This document shows positions 49,801 to 62,586 of a stretch of 64,000 nucleotides of DNA, piece after piece (position 1 is the first letter of the stretch; every line of letters begins with the position of its first letter). The notes below the pieces were generated by a model. It saw only the letters and a program-made list of their open reading frames with translations, had not been told where the DNA came from and made no database searches. Source of the DNA: Botryllus schlosseri. Its lineage: Eukaryota. A program made the position numbers and the translations under genes. The stretch lies in NCBI GenBank assembly GCA_051294905.1, contig CM119375.1:3410001-3474000 (forward strand), read 5' to 3'.

Positions 49801-51442
49801 CTAAGCAGACAATACCAGCATATCATAAGTGTGCCGCCACAAATTCTCGGACGTGCCACGAATATTTTTGCGATTTTGTAAAAGAACATATTCAAAAAGG
49901 CTTGAAGATTAGCACATGCGACTTAAAGGAGCTCGAACTTCTTCAACATCTGATAAATAAGCAGAGGTGACGATGAAAGCGATTACGACATCGTAATAAT
50001 AAAGCGATCTTTCAGCAGAGGACAGCTAGAAAGCCTTTTTCCACAAATGAAATTATATGAGTTTTGGCTGTCTGCTTCCGATTCCTATTACATGATCGGT
50101 GCAAAATCAATCAAAATTGTATTAACATTTGCATCGTAATGGCTAGGTGAACATGACTTTTTCGACTGAAATTGAAAGCCGTGAACGATATAGACACTAC
50201 TTGGAATTAATGACGAGATGCGGGTATGTTTGTGAACAATGCAACCTCATCTCTGATGCATAAAATGTTCTGTTAATATAAACAAGCACATCCATCAATT
50301 TAAAGCAACTTTTGTCGGCCTAACTGTGCCACGAGAGCTTTATAATTTTGCTGATTTATAAGCTGAAAAGGTTTTGGAAACCACAGTTCTATGTTAGGTG
50401 AACCCAGTCACAACTAGCAGAGATACAAGTAGGTCTATTCTAGATCTCGAACTTCCAATAATGAAGTTAGGCTACTTCCGAATCATGACATTAGTACGAT
50501 ACAGATATGTACTCATGTCATTTTGTTGTAAAAAATCCTGGGTTCCAGGCATATACATTTGTCAATACCACATGCCCATTGCGATACAGATAAAATGTGC
50601 GTAAAACGCGCAGTAACTCACGCATCCGTTGTAAAAAGTGCCAAAAGTTTCCACATCAACAAACGCGCAGCTCCAGGTTTGTGACACATGTTGGGATAGC
50701 ATCACACAAGCGCAAGTTAAAGTAGACAATAAAGTCATAGCGTCACGCTTTTGCAATGTGTAATCCACAAATTCACGAAAAGGATTAAAAATATGTTTTC
50801 CTTGAAGGTTGCAGAATGAATCCATCGTTGGTCGAGAGCCGGTGCGAATTTTCCCAATCACTATTTACGTCTGGTGTTAATTTTCGTGGGTTGCGATGAT
50901 TCATGTGTAGATGGACGTCTAATCCGTGAAAGTGTCAAACATGGTCCAGTGATAATCTGAGTTATGGCAATACAGTTAGTACGCTTCGAAAGAATACAGT
51001 CACCAATGACCTACACGTTTTAAATGAGGTAAAAGGTAAAACTATACCCTTATCCAACAGGGCGTGATGTATTTACTGATTACGTCAGCGAAGAAAACAT
51101 GCCGCGACAACATACGTAAACCTGATACCAATGCGACTGTCTTCAAATGATAAGAGATGGAGAGTTGGGGAGATTCGCAATGCGTTCACGCGTAACGTAC
51201 TTTTAAGTGACAGTAGCAGTAAAGGTGGGATCTCTTCGAAGTTGAAATTATACATAGGTTGCCATTGCTTCGTCAGTCCAGTGGTAATGGATATGTAACG
51301 TACGATATGTAACTCTTATGCAAAAAAATAATAACGATTGTCGCGTAGATAAGTAACTCACCCGTAAGTTTGCATTTGCATGTATAGCCTACCTATAGTG
51401 TAGAGATTTTTGCAAAGTTTTGCCATTCAAACGGTGTCACAT

Positions 51443-51916
51443 ATGGTCTACCTTTGTCCTCTTTTCTCAAGAAAAGTGAATTGTCCACCAAGGACATCCA
51501 AATGTCCTCTTTTTTGCATTTAATATTAGTTTCTTATATTTTCAATAAGACTTTTAGTCAATACGTATTAATTTCCAAAACATTACAGCATACCCAGCCT
51601 ATAGCTGGATAAGTTTCGAGAATATTGACGGTTGTATATTATTTCAATGATACTTCGCTTAAACAATTTCACAATTTCGTTATAAATGACCATTCCATAT
51701 TGGCAAATGTTGAGGAAACCACAAAGTATTCATGAATTGAATATATAAAAGAAATATGATTGTTTTTTTGGTATCTGCTTTTGTAACTTTTTTTGCCTGC
51801 AACTGCCAAGAAAATGTAAAATATCATATAGCTCAAGCGTCACAACAACTACTTTCGTTTTACTTTCCGGCAAAAAATGTCGTCTTTTTGGATTCTGAAA
51901 ATATAGTGTAGGCCAA
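51443..51916. mobile_element. TAGGCCTACC-type hAT MITE (same family as 2644-3583)
   Basis: The right end AAAATGTCGTCTTTTTGGATTCTGAAAATATAGTGTAGGCC is the reverse complement of the 2644 left end; left end ATGGTCTACCTTTGTCCTCTTTT. Confidence 0.6.
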
Positions 51917-51998
51917 AGCAGAAGACACTTTATAAATGTTTACGCACATGGGTATTGCCTGTTACGTGTAAGAGGTACATAGCTTAAATATAGGCCTG

Positions 51999-52340
51999 CA
52001 ATTGAACAGTATATTCATATTGAGATGAACCCGAATATTTTTCGCGGCACTTATCACGGCTAATCGACAGCAACTAGTAGATAATTGGAAAGAACTTTGA
52101 ATATCAACAATGGCATCGCCAAATACAAGGTCACCGGCATAATTTCAGAGTTTTCTTTTATTTGTGTGTCGTGGAGTCGATTTTTATCAAAATACACCTC
52201 GTTTGTGCTGTACTTACCAAATCTCTACTAGTTGCTGACGAATAGCCTTGACGAATGTCAGCCGAAAATACTCGGGTCTATTTCAATGTCAATATGCTAA
52301 CCAATCGTCATGTATAATTTCTTACCTGCACAATTCCAGT
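51999..52340. mobile_element. Foldback family A element with a longer spacer
   Basis: Both arms are present (CAATTGAACAGTATATTCATATTGAGATGAACCCGAATA... / ...CTCTACTAGTTGCTGACGA...GTCAGCCGAAAATACTCGGG); degenerate extension on the right. Confidence 0.75.
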
Positions 52341-55300
52341 AACAATGTTCTCTGAATTAACGCATATTTTGAACCGAGATATCTGAGTGTGAGGTATAGG
52401 TAGTGACCGTCAAAGCTGTCTTATTTGTGCAGTAAACAAGTTCATCAAGTCACAAATTGACGCGTTACGGAAAGTGTCCAATTACCCAAGGTCGCCGCGT
52501 TCAAACAAGACATCCATTCGGCGATCTTTGACGTGTTTATACTGTAAGCTCGGGTAAACAAGACCGGAAGGGGCTGTCTCTGTCGACGATATTTTGACCG
52601 GAATCGAATGTAACTATCAGAGTTGACTTTGCCACAGTTGCCGCGTGGGAAACCAGTTGGATTTTTAATCATCGTGTGAAGTGGATGGAGTGATTTGTCT
52701 TGCAGTTTTGGGTTATTGCAAAATGGTGGCTTTTATCCTACGTAAATAGCTAAAAACTTCGCATATGTTAATATTTCCCAATCGCTAGCCGTCATATAAT
52801 TAGATCTTCTTAACAGTAGGGCAAATCGGTCTAGCGATAAGTGAGAATAATCTTGGAATGTCAATAGGATACAGGGTGGAAACTTCATTAGAAACCTTAC
52901 CTTTCCTATATGCTAGTATACGTTAATCCTTTTTTCTCTTCAATTCCGCGACAATCATATTGTATAGGATATGTCCTCAAAATGCAATGGATATCCAGCT
53001 CCCACTTCATGGTTCACGTATATAAAGCGATATTGGCGTGATGTTTAGCAATTTTTAAGGTCAAGTTCTCGTTCGAAAGGGCAAAAGTTGAGACATCGTA
53101 TTTCGATGTATTTAAGGTACTTTTTAAACCGGCGATAGAAAAAGATGTGAGCTTTTTATTGAGCAAACAAGGCCGAACACAAAATAACGAAAATTCTGTC
53201 TGGTAATAAGTGGAAATAGTGTTTTCACTATATTAGATATCCATCACATTAGTTCGGTCGGGAGATGCTTAAGACAGAACTGCTGCACCATTTCAAAGAG
53301 AGGTTGTTACTGTTAATTCGATTATATTGTTACGCCCGACGAAGGGGTCTCGTTAGCGGCTTTTTCGCTGCCCTAATTCGCTGACGATGAGGCGTATACG
53401 TAGGCAAACAACATAGAGCGCTCTGGTTTGCGATAAACCAGCAATCTTATATTACGTACTACGTAGGCTTGATGCAGGTGCTCAGATACCTAGTAAGAAT
53501 GTTATGACTACGAGCCTTAAATCTATGGAAATCAACCGATCTACGAAGTGAAGTTAGACAGACTATATGCAGAAGTAACATTCCACGATACTTTTAATAT
53601 GATTTAATGTCTGTACCGGACCATACAATCGCATGAAGTCTCATGCATTAGTGAACCTTTTATTGAGAATGGGATAGTTGGAGCGTCTATTTTATTGTCA
53701 TTATTTCCGTGAAAAGGTGTGTAGTGTGCACCTACGCATCGCAATGTGTGTGGAATATTTCCACTGTTGTTGAAAAATTCTCATAATGGAAGGCAGATAT
53801 CTTGTTTCTACATCCTTATAAAATTAGGATAGGACATGTTTGATAAATTTGGGGCGTTTAGTAGAAATGGGCCATTTGAAGTCTCTAAAGCCGTTTTTAA
53901 CAGTCACAATTCGAATAGATATTATTTCCGCCACTCAAAGAAAATCGTCATCTTCAAAGCGGGTTCTATCAAACGCATATTTACTTGTGCTAGAAATTTG
54001 CGCGTTGAAAATGAAATATAGTTTGGGAAATTGCTGAATTATCAGTCTATTAGGGATAGTAACGAATATTTCGTGACGATTTTACTTTGATATGAATACC
54101 ATTTATTCCGTACACGCTGGACTTCAGGGGTATCGATGCTGAGAGATGTCATGGGACATTATATATTAATCAAAGTCATTTATGCACAATTTCATACGGG
54201 CGAACTGTAGGGCGTACGACGTGTGAACGCACGTACAATGTACATAGAACGAAACAAATATTACATTATCAATAATAATGTGACTCCTGAGTGATAACAT
54301 AACTCATAAGAATGCGGTCAGATGTTACGATGATTCACAGCAGCAGTATATGCAGTATGCGCAATACTAGTCTACGCTATTATTATTCCGCAATTTGACA
54401 TCATATTATGCAGTGCATGCGGGCTAAGGAGACTTTATGTGTGCAACTTTTTCCGTGTAACATATTGTTTTAGCATCAGCTAGTGTTGTATCAAGTCGCT
54501 CAAGTGCTGGTGTTTTGATGATGTCATTCATGACCGGCACTCTGCGATTGTAAATTTTAGTATTTGTTCATGTTTTTATTTATCTGTTCGAATATTAATA
54601 TTCGTGAGCAATTCGAACGCTAGTTAAATATGTGATTCGGGCAATGACATTCTCGGTAGCCTACTATAGCAGTATTTGTTGGGATATACACGGAACAAGG
54701 GGTTCATAGCTCATATTCTGCAATCAAAATATTTTTTGGTGATTTCTGAAATATTCTATCCATATAACTGCGTGACATATCAATCGCCACACTCATGAGT
54801 CGATTGCAGCTAGTTTCCAAAGTATAGTACCCATTGGTCATCGAACTTCGAGCGTATGGTCTCTGAATTTATTAGTTATCATCACAAATAAGGCTTAATC
54901 TCTCTCAATTGATTTGAGCCCCAAAATAGTACACACTATTTCATACCGTTAATTAGACGCGTGGTCATTCGGCGAAATTCAAGTCTGAATATTTTCAATA
55001 ATCATCATGTCGGAACCCGTGAATCCCGTAGACTTTCCTAAGTCCCTTAATTTCGTGTGGGCGACAGACCATGAACATGTCTGAAATTAGAGTTGGTTTG
55101 ATAAAAGGTTAAGGGCCCATTGTGTTTTAGTGTATGTTACTAAATAGGGAACTGAATTATTTTCTAAACACACTTTTTCAAGTTCTCGATAATATTCATT
55201 GTGTGTGGTGCACCAAACCTGTCCCGTGGTGGGAACCGCACATGTCCTTTTCAATTAAAGATTCTTACCAATAATAACAAAACCTTTTGGATTGAATGCT

Positions 55301-55831
55301 TTTGCGATTTCATTTGGGGGACATGTGTACATCACATTTCAAACTTCACCTAACTCAGTGTTTCTTGGACCGGGATGCAAAATCATCTGTGACCAAAAAT
55401 TAAACATTCATTCTGAAACTATGGGAATGAGTTTTAGTATAGTGCTGGAACACGAAACTGAAATATAGATTTTAATGAGATTCCGAGAGCCAATAATGCG
55501 TCGTACAATACATATGCATGTGCAATATGCATGTACATACCGATGATCCATTCCGACTTACATCGGAGTTCAGGCCGATCAGCAAACATCTCTGATATAA
55601 ATGTGACAGGTTGCAGCTTTTCATTCGTCTTGACAGTATGTATGGAAATAGTTCCAGGTGATTTAAAATAACAATCGAGTCTTGCATATAGAAATACGTT
55701 ATATCAACTGTATTAATTATTACCAAGTGACGTGTCGATCAGTTTACTGTAGCATGTTGACCAAAGGGACTCATGCTCACCTTCCATGTTTGAACGATAG
55801 TTGACTCCGAGATTATTTTATGTGTTATTCA

Positions 55832-56030
55832 TGGTGTTTGTCGACTACAATGGTCATTTACACCAGGCCGATTGTCTTTATTTTGATTCCGTATCCGCCG
55901 ACTCGTAGTACGGTACACTTCTGGGCTTTTTAAGACACCGCTTGCGCGGATCTGGTGGCGAGGAGGAGCCGAGATAAACCTCCGATACCTCGGCCGGTCA
56001 CGAACCCACAACCCATTGGTGTTGCTGCAG
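55832..56030 (-). mobile_element. tRNA-derived SINE copy (5'-truncated)
   Basis: GAGGAGCCGAGATAAACCTCCGA...CACGAACCCACAACCCATTGGT plus the family 3' end TGGTGTTTGTCGACTACAATGGTCATTTACACCA. Confidence 0.75.
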
Positions 56031-58175
56031 TAGATTCGAAGTACAGGGATATCTAAAACATGTCGAAGTCATCAAAATAACGGCATGCTGGAAGCCAAGT
56101 ATAATCACGTGGTCAAGGTCCCTCATTTCTCCCGAGTTTTCCGGTTCACTTGCTAAGGCGAATTAGCAGTAATGTTTTCTCAGCGCTGTGCATTTTGTAA
56201 TGCAATATCCTTAAGCCGTAATATTCGACTGAACAACTACGGTTCCGCAAACTCGATCAAAGCCTCGTCCACCAGTAATGTGACACTAACTGCTGCTACC
56301 AAATCCGTTATCATCTTTACGGGAATGTCCATTATGGGATGGAGTCGCCTAAACAAAGCCGTGATTAGCCATTGAAGAGTAACAAATAACGAGATTGGAT
56401 AGGGTTTGAAAAAATACTTATTCAAATGCGAGGTGTGGGAATTTTCTGCCTGTTTTAAGTATACCATTGGTTAAATTAAAGTTTACAGTAGCGCGATATG
56501 CGTGGAAATAAACATTTATTGAGGAACCTGGACATTTGCTTAAACCGCAAATCCAGATTTGATCTGACCGTACACACCTGAAAATATATACAAAGGAAAA
56601 ATATAAATAGAACCAACCTGATGCACAAGGCCACAGCTGTAAACACCAATATCTCATACCAACAACAACATATTCGTAGTTTTCTCAACATGTTATCATT
56701 CTTTCAATCTAAAGATAACATATCCAATTGAAGAGGCAGCTTTTACTACCAGGGAATGATGCAGAATCTATGTATTGGAGATAATGGACCATAGTGTGGC
56801 TGAAGTAGGCTATAAATGAATATCATTTGACCATTACGACAATTTCAATTCTACTATATAAAATTAATTTAGCAGGCATAAAACGTTATCATTATTGATC
56901 ACTTCAAATTCTTCGATTACATTACCAAAGAAAAGTATCTGAAAAAAGAGTTAAGAGTCACACATATCTAGCTGAATCGCAAACACATAATTGGATTGCT
57001 CAAGAAATGATAAATACACGTTTTAACGATGACCTCGAAATTATTACGTTATAAAATTGTGAATCTGAAGTCTTGTATAATAACTTATGTCCCAAGTTAA
57101 CAATGTAATATAACCAGGGATTCATTAGCGGATAATCAATTCAAACCAAAATATAAAATTATCATTGGTATGCCGACTGCGGTAACACGTCATAATGAAA
57201 TATAGCCAAGGACAACAATGATAGGAAATTGCGCTTTTTACCAAGCGCTTTTCGGAACTAGCTGTTTCTCTCGCATTTTAGCCGAAAAGAAAGTGTTGCA
57301 TCATTGTCCGATAATCCACACCGTATTTTAAGATGGTTTGCCAAGATTTTGATCGTCATTCAGATAGCGATGGCTTACTAAGGCAGTTAGTAAAAGGCGT
57401 TACGAAAGTTTAAATTCAGACAAAATGTCTGAAGACAGGCGCATGACATAGTTATTTACGAGGACGTAGAATTCAGAATATGTTTGGGTTATTCGGTTAT
57501 TTTGCTATTGAAATTAATCTACCCCAGTATATCTCAAAATTAAAATTCGTAGTACTAAAAATGTTCCGAAAACAGTTGAAAACTATATAATGTTCCGACT
57601 TTCAGCAAATTGAAACGCCATTTTCATATAATTCTTAACAAGTAATTTGGGGTACCATGGCCTACTAAAGACAGTAGGCGCAAAGCAAAAAAATCATATA
57701 TTCATGCTGATGAGAGTCAGCTGGAAAGCTTTTAGTAAATAAATTAACAATATGAAGTCATTGTTTCGCGTCATGTAATTCTGGAAAACGGTCTGAACCG
57801 TCCCCGTAAATGTTTTCGGAGCTTATAAAATACAAAAGTCGAAATGTTGATCCGTAACTGGGTAGGACGGATTTCAGCCGCAAAATGAACGTTACCTATA
57901 GATATAACTACATGTATGTGTGTGTATCCCCGCATGAACGTGGAGCAACATGCGTATCGGCAAAATTCTTAGCATGTTACTATGGAATTATAGCGTCTAG
58001 GTAGCATAGTAGCTTGGATATATGCAACCATATATATCATAGCGTTGTGTATTAAATATTATGTGCTGATTTTAACTTCAACGAGTGTGATATATGTCAT
58101 AGTGTACTGTGTAATTCAATATAACATCATATAGCATACATTTTTCAGCGTATACTACAATTAAAGTCTGAGTCT

Positions 58176-61160
58176 ATGAGTATGGACATAACATCAGCGG
58201 ATAATGACTGCGATCCGAAAGAGATCGACTCTCTACCTTCGGACTCCCGCAAACCCCTCAGAACTCCGAAATGCGCGCGGTGCCGAAACCACGGTGTGGT
58301 CAGCATCTTAAAAGGGCACAAACGACACTGCAGGTGGCGCGATTGTCAATGTTCAAACTGCTTGCTGGTGGTGGAGAGGCAGCGCATAATGGCGGCGCAG
58401 GTAATATGTGACCCTGAACTTTGAGTCAATGTGAAAATGGCGGATGAAACCAGGCGCGATATGCGCAACTCGGCCGCGTGTAATGGCGATATATTCGGCC
58501 GTGCTCATCGTTATTTGCCGGTGTTCAATCAAGTCAGTTTATGAGGTATCACGCTGATCATATAATGATAATCTAATATATATATATATTGGAACTCGCT
58601 TTGAAGGAAGTTAACTCCAATCTACTAGTGTAATATAGTGTTCACGAAAATTATTTTCTGATTTCATTGTTTGAGAGCTTCTCGGAGATACAGAACCTCC
58701 ATATACAATTGGATAGTGTATTCATATTGAAATAAACACCAACATTTTCGGCTAACATTCTTCAAGGGTAATCGTCAGCAACTAGTAGAGAATATATACA
58801 TTTACTATTCACAATTCTCTACTAATTGTTGACGATTACCCTTGACGAGTGTCAGCCTAAAATATTTGGGTTCATTTCAATATGAATATATTATTCAATT
58901 GATCTCATATTATTTCACTATGTAATTAATGAGAACTACAATATACTAAAATAGAGTGTTATGTAACAATCAATTATAATTTTTGACGATGTTAAGGTCG
59001 CATTGCGTCGACAACAAGCCGCCGAAGTGAAACGCGGTAAGAGCCTCATGCGTGATCCTATGGAGTCGGTCGATACAGAGGAGAAGTTGCAGGCCAATAA
59101 AGTCGCCGCTGAATCTCTGAGACTACGCAGCCGGGCACTCCGGAACGCGAGGATATCTTCCAAAAGCATGTTGGATGGTGGGTAGAAATTTTATGATTAT
59201 TCTATTTTGGCTGAGCGTATATGTAACAAAATAAATACTCAGTTGCATCCTTGATAGGTATCGCACCCGATACATTTTCATCTTGCTTTTTGCTGGTTGA
59301 ATCATACACAAAACATTAAAGATGACATGCGTTGTTTGAAGAATTGGCATTGTATAATGTATATGCGTTTTCTGTAGAATCATATTCCTCCATATCCATA
59401 TATAAGTGTAACTCTTCTGACATATCTAAAATCAGTATTTCCTTTCGAAAAAATTATACCGCCCACACATACGACGTGATATATGTTTGACTTTCAACTC
59501 GTAGTAAAATAGTCGTGAGATATATAGCGAGAATCTGTTACATATAATCGAGTTTTGGTAAGTTGCAATGAGTCAAGGATTGTCCGATTCGTTTTTCTGT
59601 CATTGTTTTTACGATTTACCATGTGATCATCGGTACAAAAGACTACTTGGTCAGAGTCACACTAGAAAACAATATAGGTATCAACTGCACGACTGGGAAG
59701 ATTTTTCTCACTACCAAGGCAGCGTCGGCCAACTCAAACTTTCGCGGCTACGTGACTGCCGTAACTTGGTGTTGTAATGTCGTCATAACGTAACAGTAAT
59801 GTCATGTGGGTAAGGACTATGTCTCGGTTTTCCGGTAGTCTGTATTCTTCTATTTCTATCATGTCATCCATTACTTCATTCATCATTATTCATTTATTCA
59901 TGATACGTTCTCCACACCAGAGTTGACAACTAGTATATTTCAGCTTTTCCAAATGACATCAGAATTTGAATTACATCTGCACGTTTTTTTAAATTACATT
60001 AAAACTTGAATTAAATGATTCGCAACAAACTTGGAGATTTAGAGAAATACAACTATAATCAAGTTCATTTCATAACAAATCTGAGTTAATTATCATAAGA
60101 ACGAGAATGGCAAACGTCTGTACAGCAAGCTTGGCACGTCTCACACTATATAGTTCTCTTGTAGCGTTTTCAGGAAAACCGGAAATTAGATTAGAATTAA
60201 TATTAGAGCATATAGAAACATTTCAATACTTAGATTAAAAATTTATTACCGGCATTTTCTCTAATCTAATTCGACATCAAGAAGTATCCAGTTTTTCATG
60301 TCTGATACACATACGTTATCACCCGACATAATATTTCTCTTCTATTGACAGCATCGAGATTTTCTGTGATTCAACCGCATATATCCCCGCTCACCGAGAG
60401 AATCCGAAAAAGACGAGCGTTCGCCGACGAGAGTTTGGAGGACATGTTCGTATCACAATCCAGAGCATTACCCCCGTCTTCTGAATCGATTATCCCGTCT
60501 CCAACGATGGTAGCAAGCCGTCCCATATTCAGTACATTACCGGAGGTAAAGATGACTCCTCATCATGAATTACCAGAGAAAAGAGCTCGCTGTGAACAAC
60601 AGACTTGGTTGAGAAGAGAATGCATCACACCACCACGACCAGATGAGTTCACCGCTAACATTTTGCGAATGCAAAGAGAAGCCTTCTCAAGCTGCGCGGG
60701 TCCGTTCATAGGAAGCAGTAACTCTCCTGACATGACAAATCCTTTTATGTCATTCCCATCATTCGGTGTGCAAAAGAATAGCATCCCGCAAAACCCATTT
60801 CTTGCGCGTTTGTACGCTGAGAATTTGATGAAAGTGAGGAACCTATTGCCAAGCTCTATTAGAAATGTACCCCAACTTCCTGCGAATTTTTTAAGCAGTA
60901 TTTATCAAAGCCCAACGTTTATTCCGCCTTCCTTTATGGCATCGACTTCGCGGCCTAACGTAGCATCGGTGGAGTCTGCGTTCCGCGCGCCGGACTGGTT
61001 TCGGCATCTGTACGCGTCGCGGTCAGGTCGGGACTTTTTGACAACTGTGTCCGACTGCTCCTCGCCGGAAAATAGCTGTCGCCTCAATTCGCCGTCGGAG
61101 GAGTCCGTTACGAGTCCAATTCCGAGTAAATTTTCAGTTGCCTCTATCGTAGGGAGCTGA
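58176..61160 (+). CDS. dmrt2: Doublesex/Mab-3 related transcription factor, DMRT2/Dmrt11E type, copy B, 404 aa; join(58176..58400,58997..59177,60352..61160)
   Basis: DM core identical to copy A, with [15 protein letters not shown] and C-terminal FSVASIVG. Intron positions and phases match copy A, and exon 2 has the same length (181 nt). Total 1215 nt, open throughout. The exon 2 acceptor is AAG. Confidence 0.95.
58673..58901. mobile_element. Foldback family A element in dmrt2 copy B intron 1
   Basis: Near-perfect inverted arms CAATTGGATAGTGTATTCATATTGAAAT...CAACTAGTAGAGAA / TTCTCTACTAATTG...ATTTCAATATGAATATATTATTCAATTG, with a hairpin on the left only. Confidence 0.88.
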
Positions 61161-61455
61161 AATTTGCGCAGCGTTGGCCGGAGTGCAATTTCGACACAAA
61201 ATCATAAGAGATAGAAGTATAAAATCATATTAAAGACTGTTAGTTTTAGATAGATTCGCCAGCGAGTATACCGACTTGGAATATAGTGATATCCACTAGC
61301 CAATGTATGATTAGTTGGTAACTGATTAGTCTATATTGCATACCTCTAATGTACGAATCTTTAGTGACACCAAGTGACTTTTATTGCTAGTGAAATCTAT
61401 ATATTAAAACATTCCTGTTCACTCGACATTCCATATGTTTTGCATCTCTTTGCTG

Positions 61456-61461
61456 AATAAA
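61456..61461 (+). terminator. Candidate polyadenylation signal of dmrt2 copy B
   Basis: First AATAAA I found after the stop at 61160, followed by T-rich sequence. Confidence 0.45.
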
Positions 61462-62143
61462 GATTTCAGTTATTATTTTATTCGCATTTGAATGTTTAAA
61501 CATTACATACTAAGACAAGACTAGCCTGTGTTATAAGAGTATATTGTTGCCAACTCTCGAATTGAGGTAAAATTTTGGAAAATAGCGAGGTAGATATGTC
61601 TATCAAGCGCGTCATCTGTTTCCTGTATACCGATGCTTGCTTTTGTGGAATTGGCACACATGCTTCTTAGGGTATACAGGTGCAAGTGCAACAGGAAAAT
61701 TACAGGTAGGGTGCGACAATCGGCATACGACAGTTCAAGCCAATCGGGTCAGCGATGCCTTCTATCGTAGTTTGGTTGCAATCTCATTATAATAGAAACC
61801 CCTCAATTATTGTCAAGATGACGGTCATATATTCGATGCATTGGTGTTGATGGGCGGGTGGCGTAATGCATAACTGAAACTATTAATGGATATAAATCTT
61901 CATCATTGTTTAACAAGTGCTATACGTGTTAGCACTAACCAGTACCATTGTTTTGACACTATCTCAGAATTCACATGACACACTAACCTCTCCAAAAACC
62001 TCTTTCTACCTTCCTAATCAGAATTGCTGTCGTCTATAAGCGTAGTTTGGGCGATTAGCAATCGCGCTCCCGTTCTGATTTTTATTATTTACGAATCCTA
62101 ATCAGAATGCGAGTGTTGTTATCTAGTCTTTGTGAGTAATTGC

Positions 62144-62586
62144 CAGGGTTGTATTGACTCGAGTCATTTTTTCAAAGGCGTAAAATGACTCGACTCGAGT
62201 CCATTTGTGTATTGACTTGACTTGTACTCGATTCATTGTGCATCACTCGAAACGAGTCATATGACTCGAGACTAGGACGGCCATGACGGACATATCACTG
62301 TAACTTCGGAGAATAGTAAAGTTACCACATTATTGGTATTTCGTCCATCAGTCCTGATACTTGAAAAATAGGACCAGAAACCGTTAAGACTGAGGAAGAT
62401 TACTATATTATGAATGCGAGCTATTCTATATCGCTCAAGCAGAGTTGAAAACAGTTTGCTGAACGTAACTGAACTGAAATTTGAATAGTGAACATAATGA
62501 ATCGGACTCGAGTCAAAACATTATGACTCAACCGCGAGCCTACACTAGCTGACTTGGACTCGGACTTGACTTCTGCGAGAATCGTG
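62144..62586. mobile_element. hAT MITE family F
   Basis: CAGGGTTGTATTGACTCGAGTC start, GACTCG/GACTTG arrays at both ends; right TIR degenerate. Confidence 0.7.

Noticed and set aside
52326-52382. Minus-strand 57-nt phase 0-0 exon-like segment (ISRFKICVNSENIVTGIVQ) with good splice sites
   Set aside because: It overlaps the degenerate end of a repeat, and I found no compatible upstream or downstream exons.
7129-56030. All four SINE copies are on the minus strand
   Set aside because: With four copies a shared orientation has probability 1/8 by chance, so it is not informative.
15560-57110. Scattered ACA(A/T)TGT DM-binding-like sites (e.g. 15566, 41328, 57100) suggesting autoregulation
   Set aside because: A 7-mer like this is expected about a dozen times by chance in 64 kb of AT-rich DNA, and I saw no clustering near the genes.
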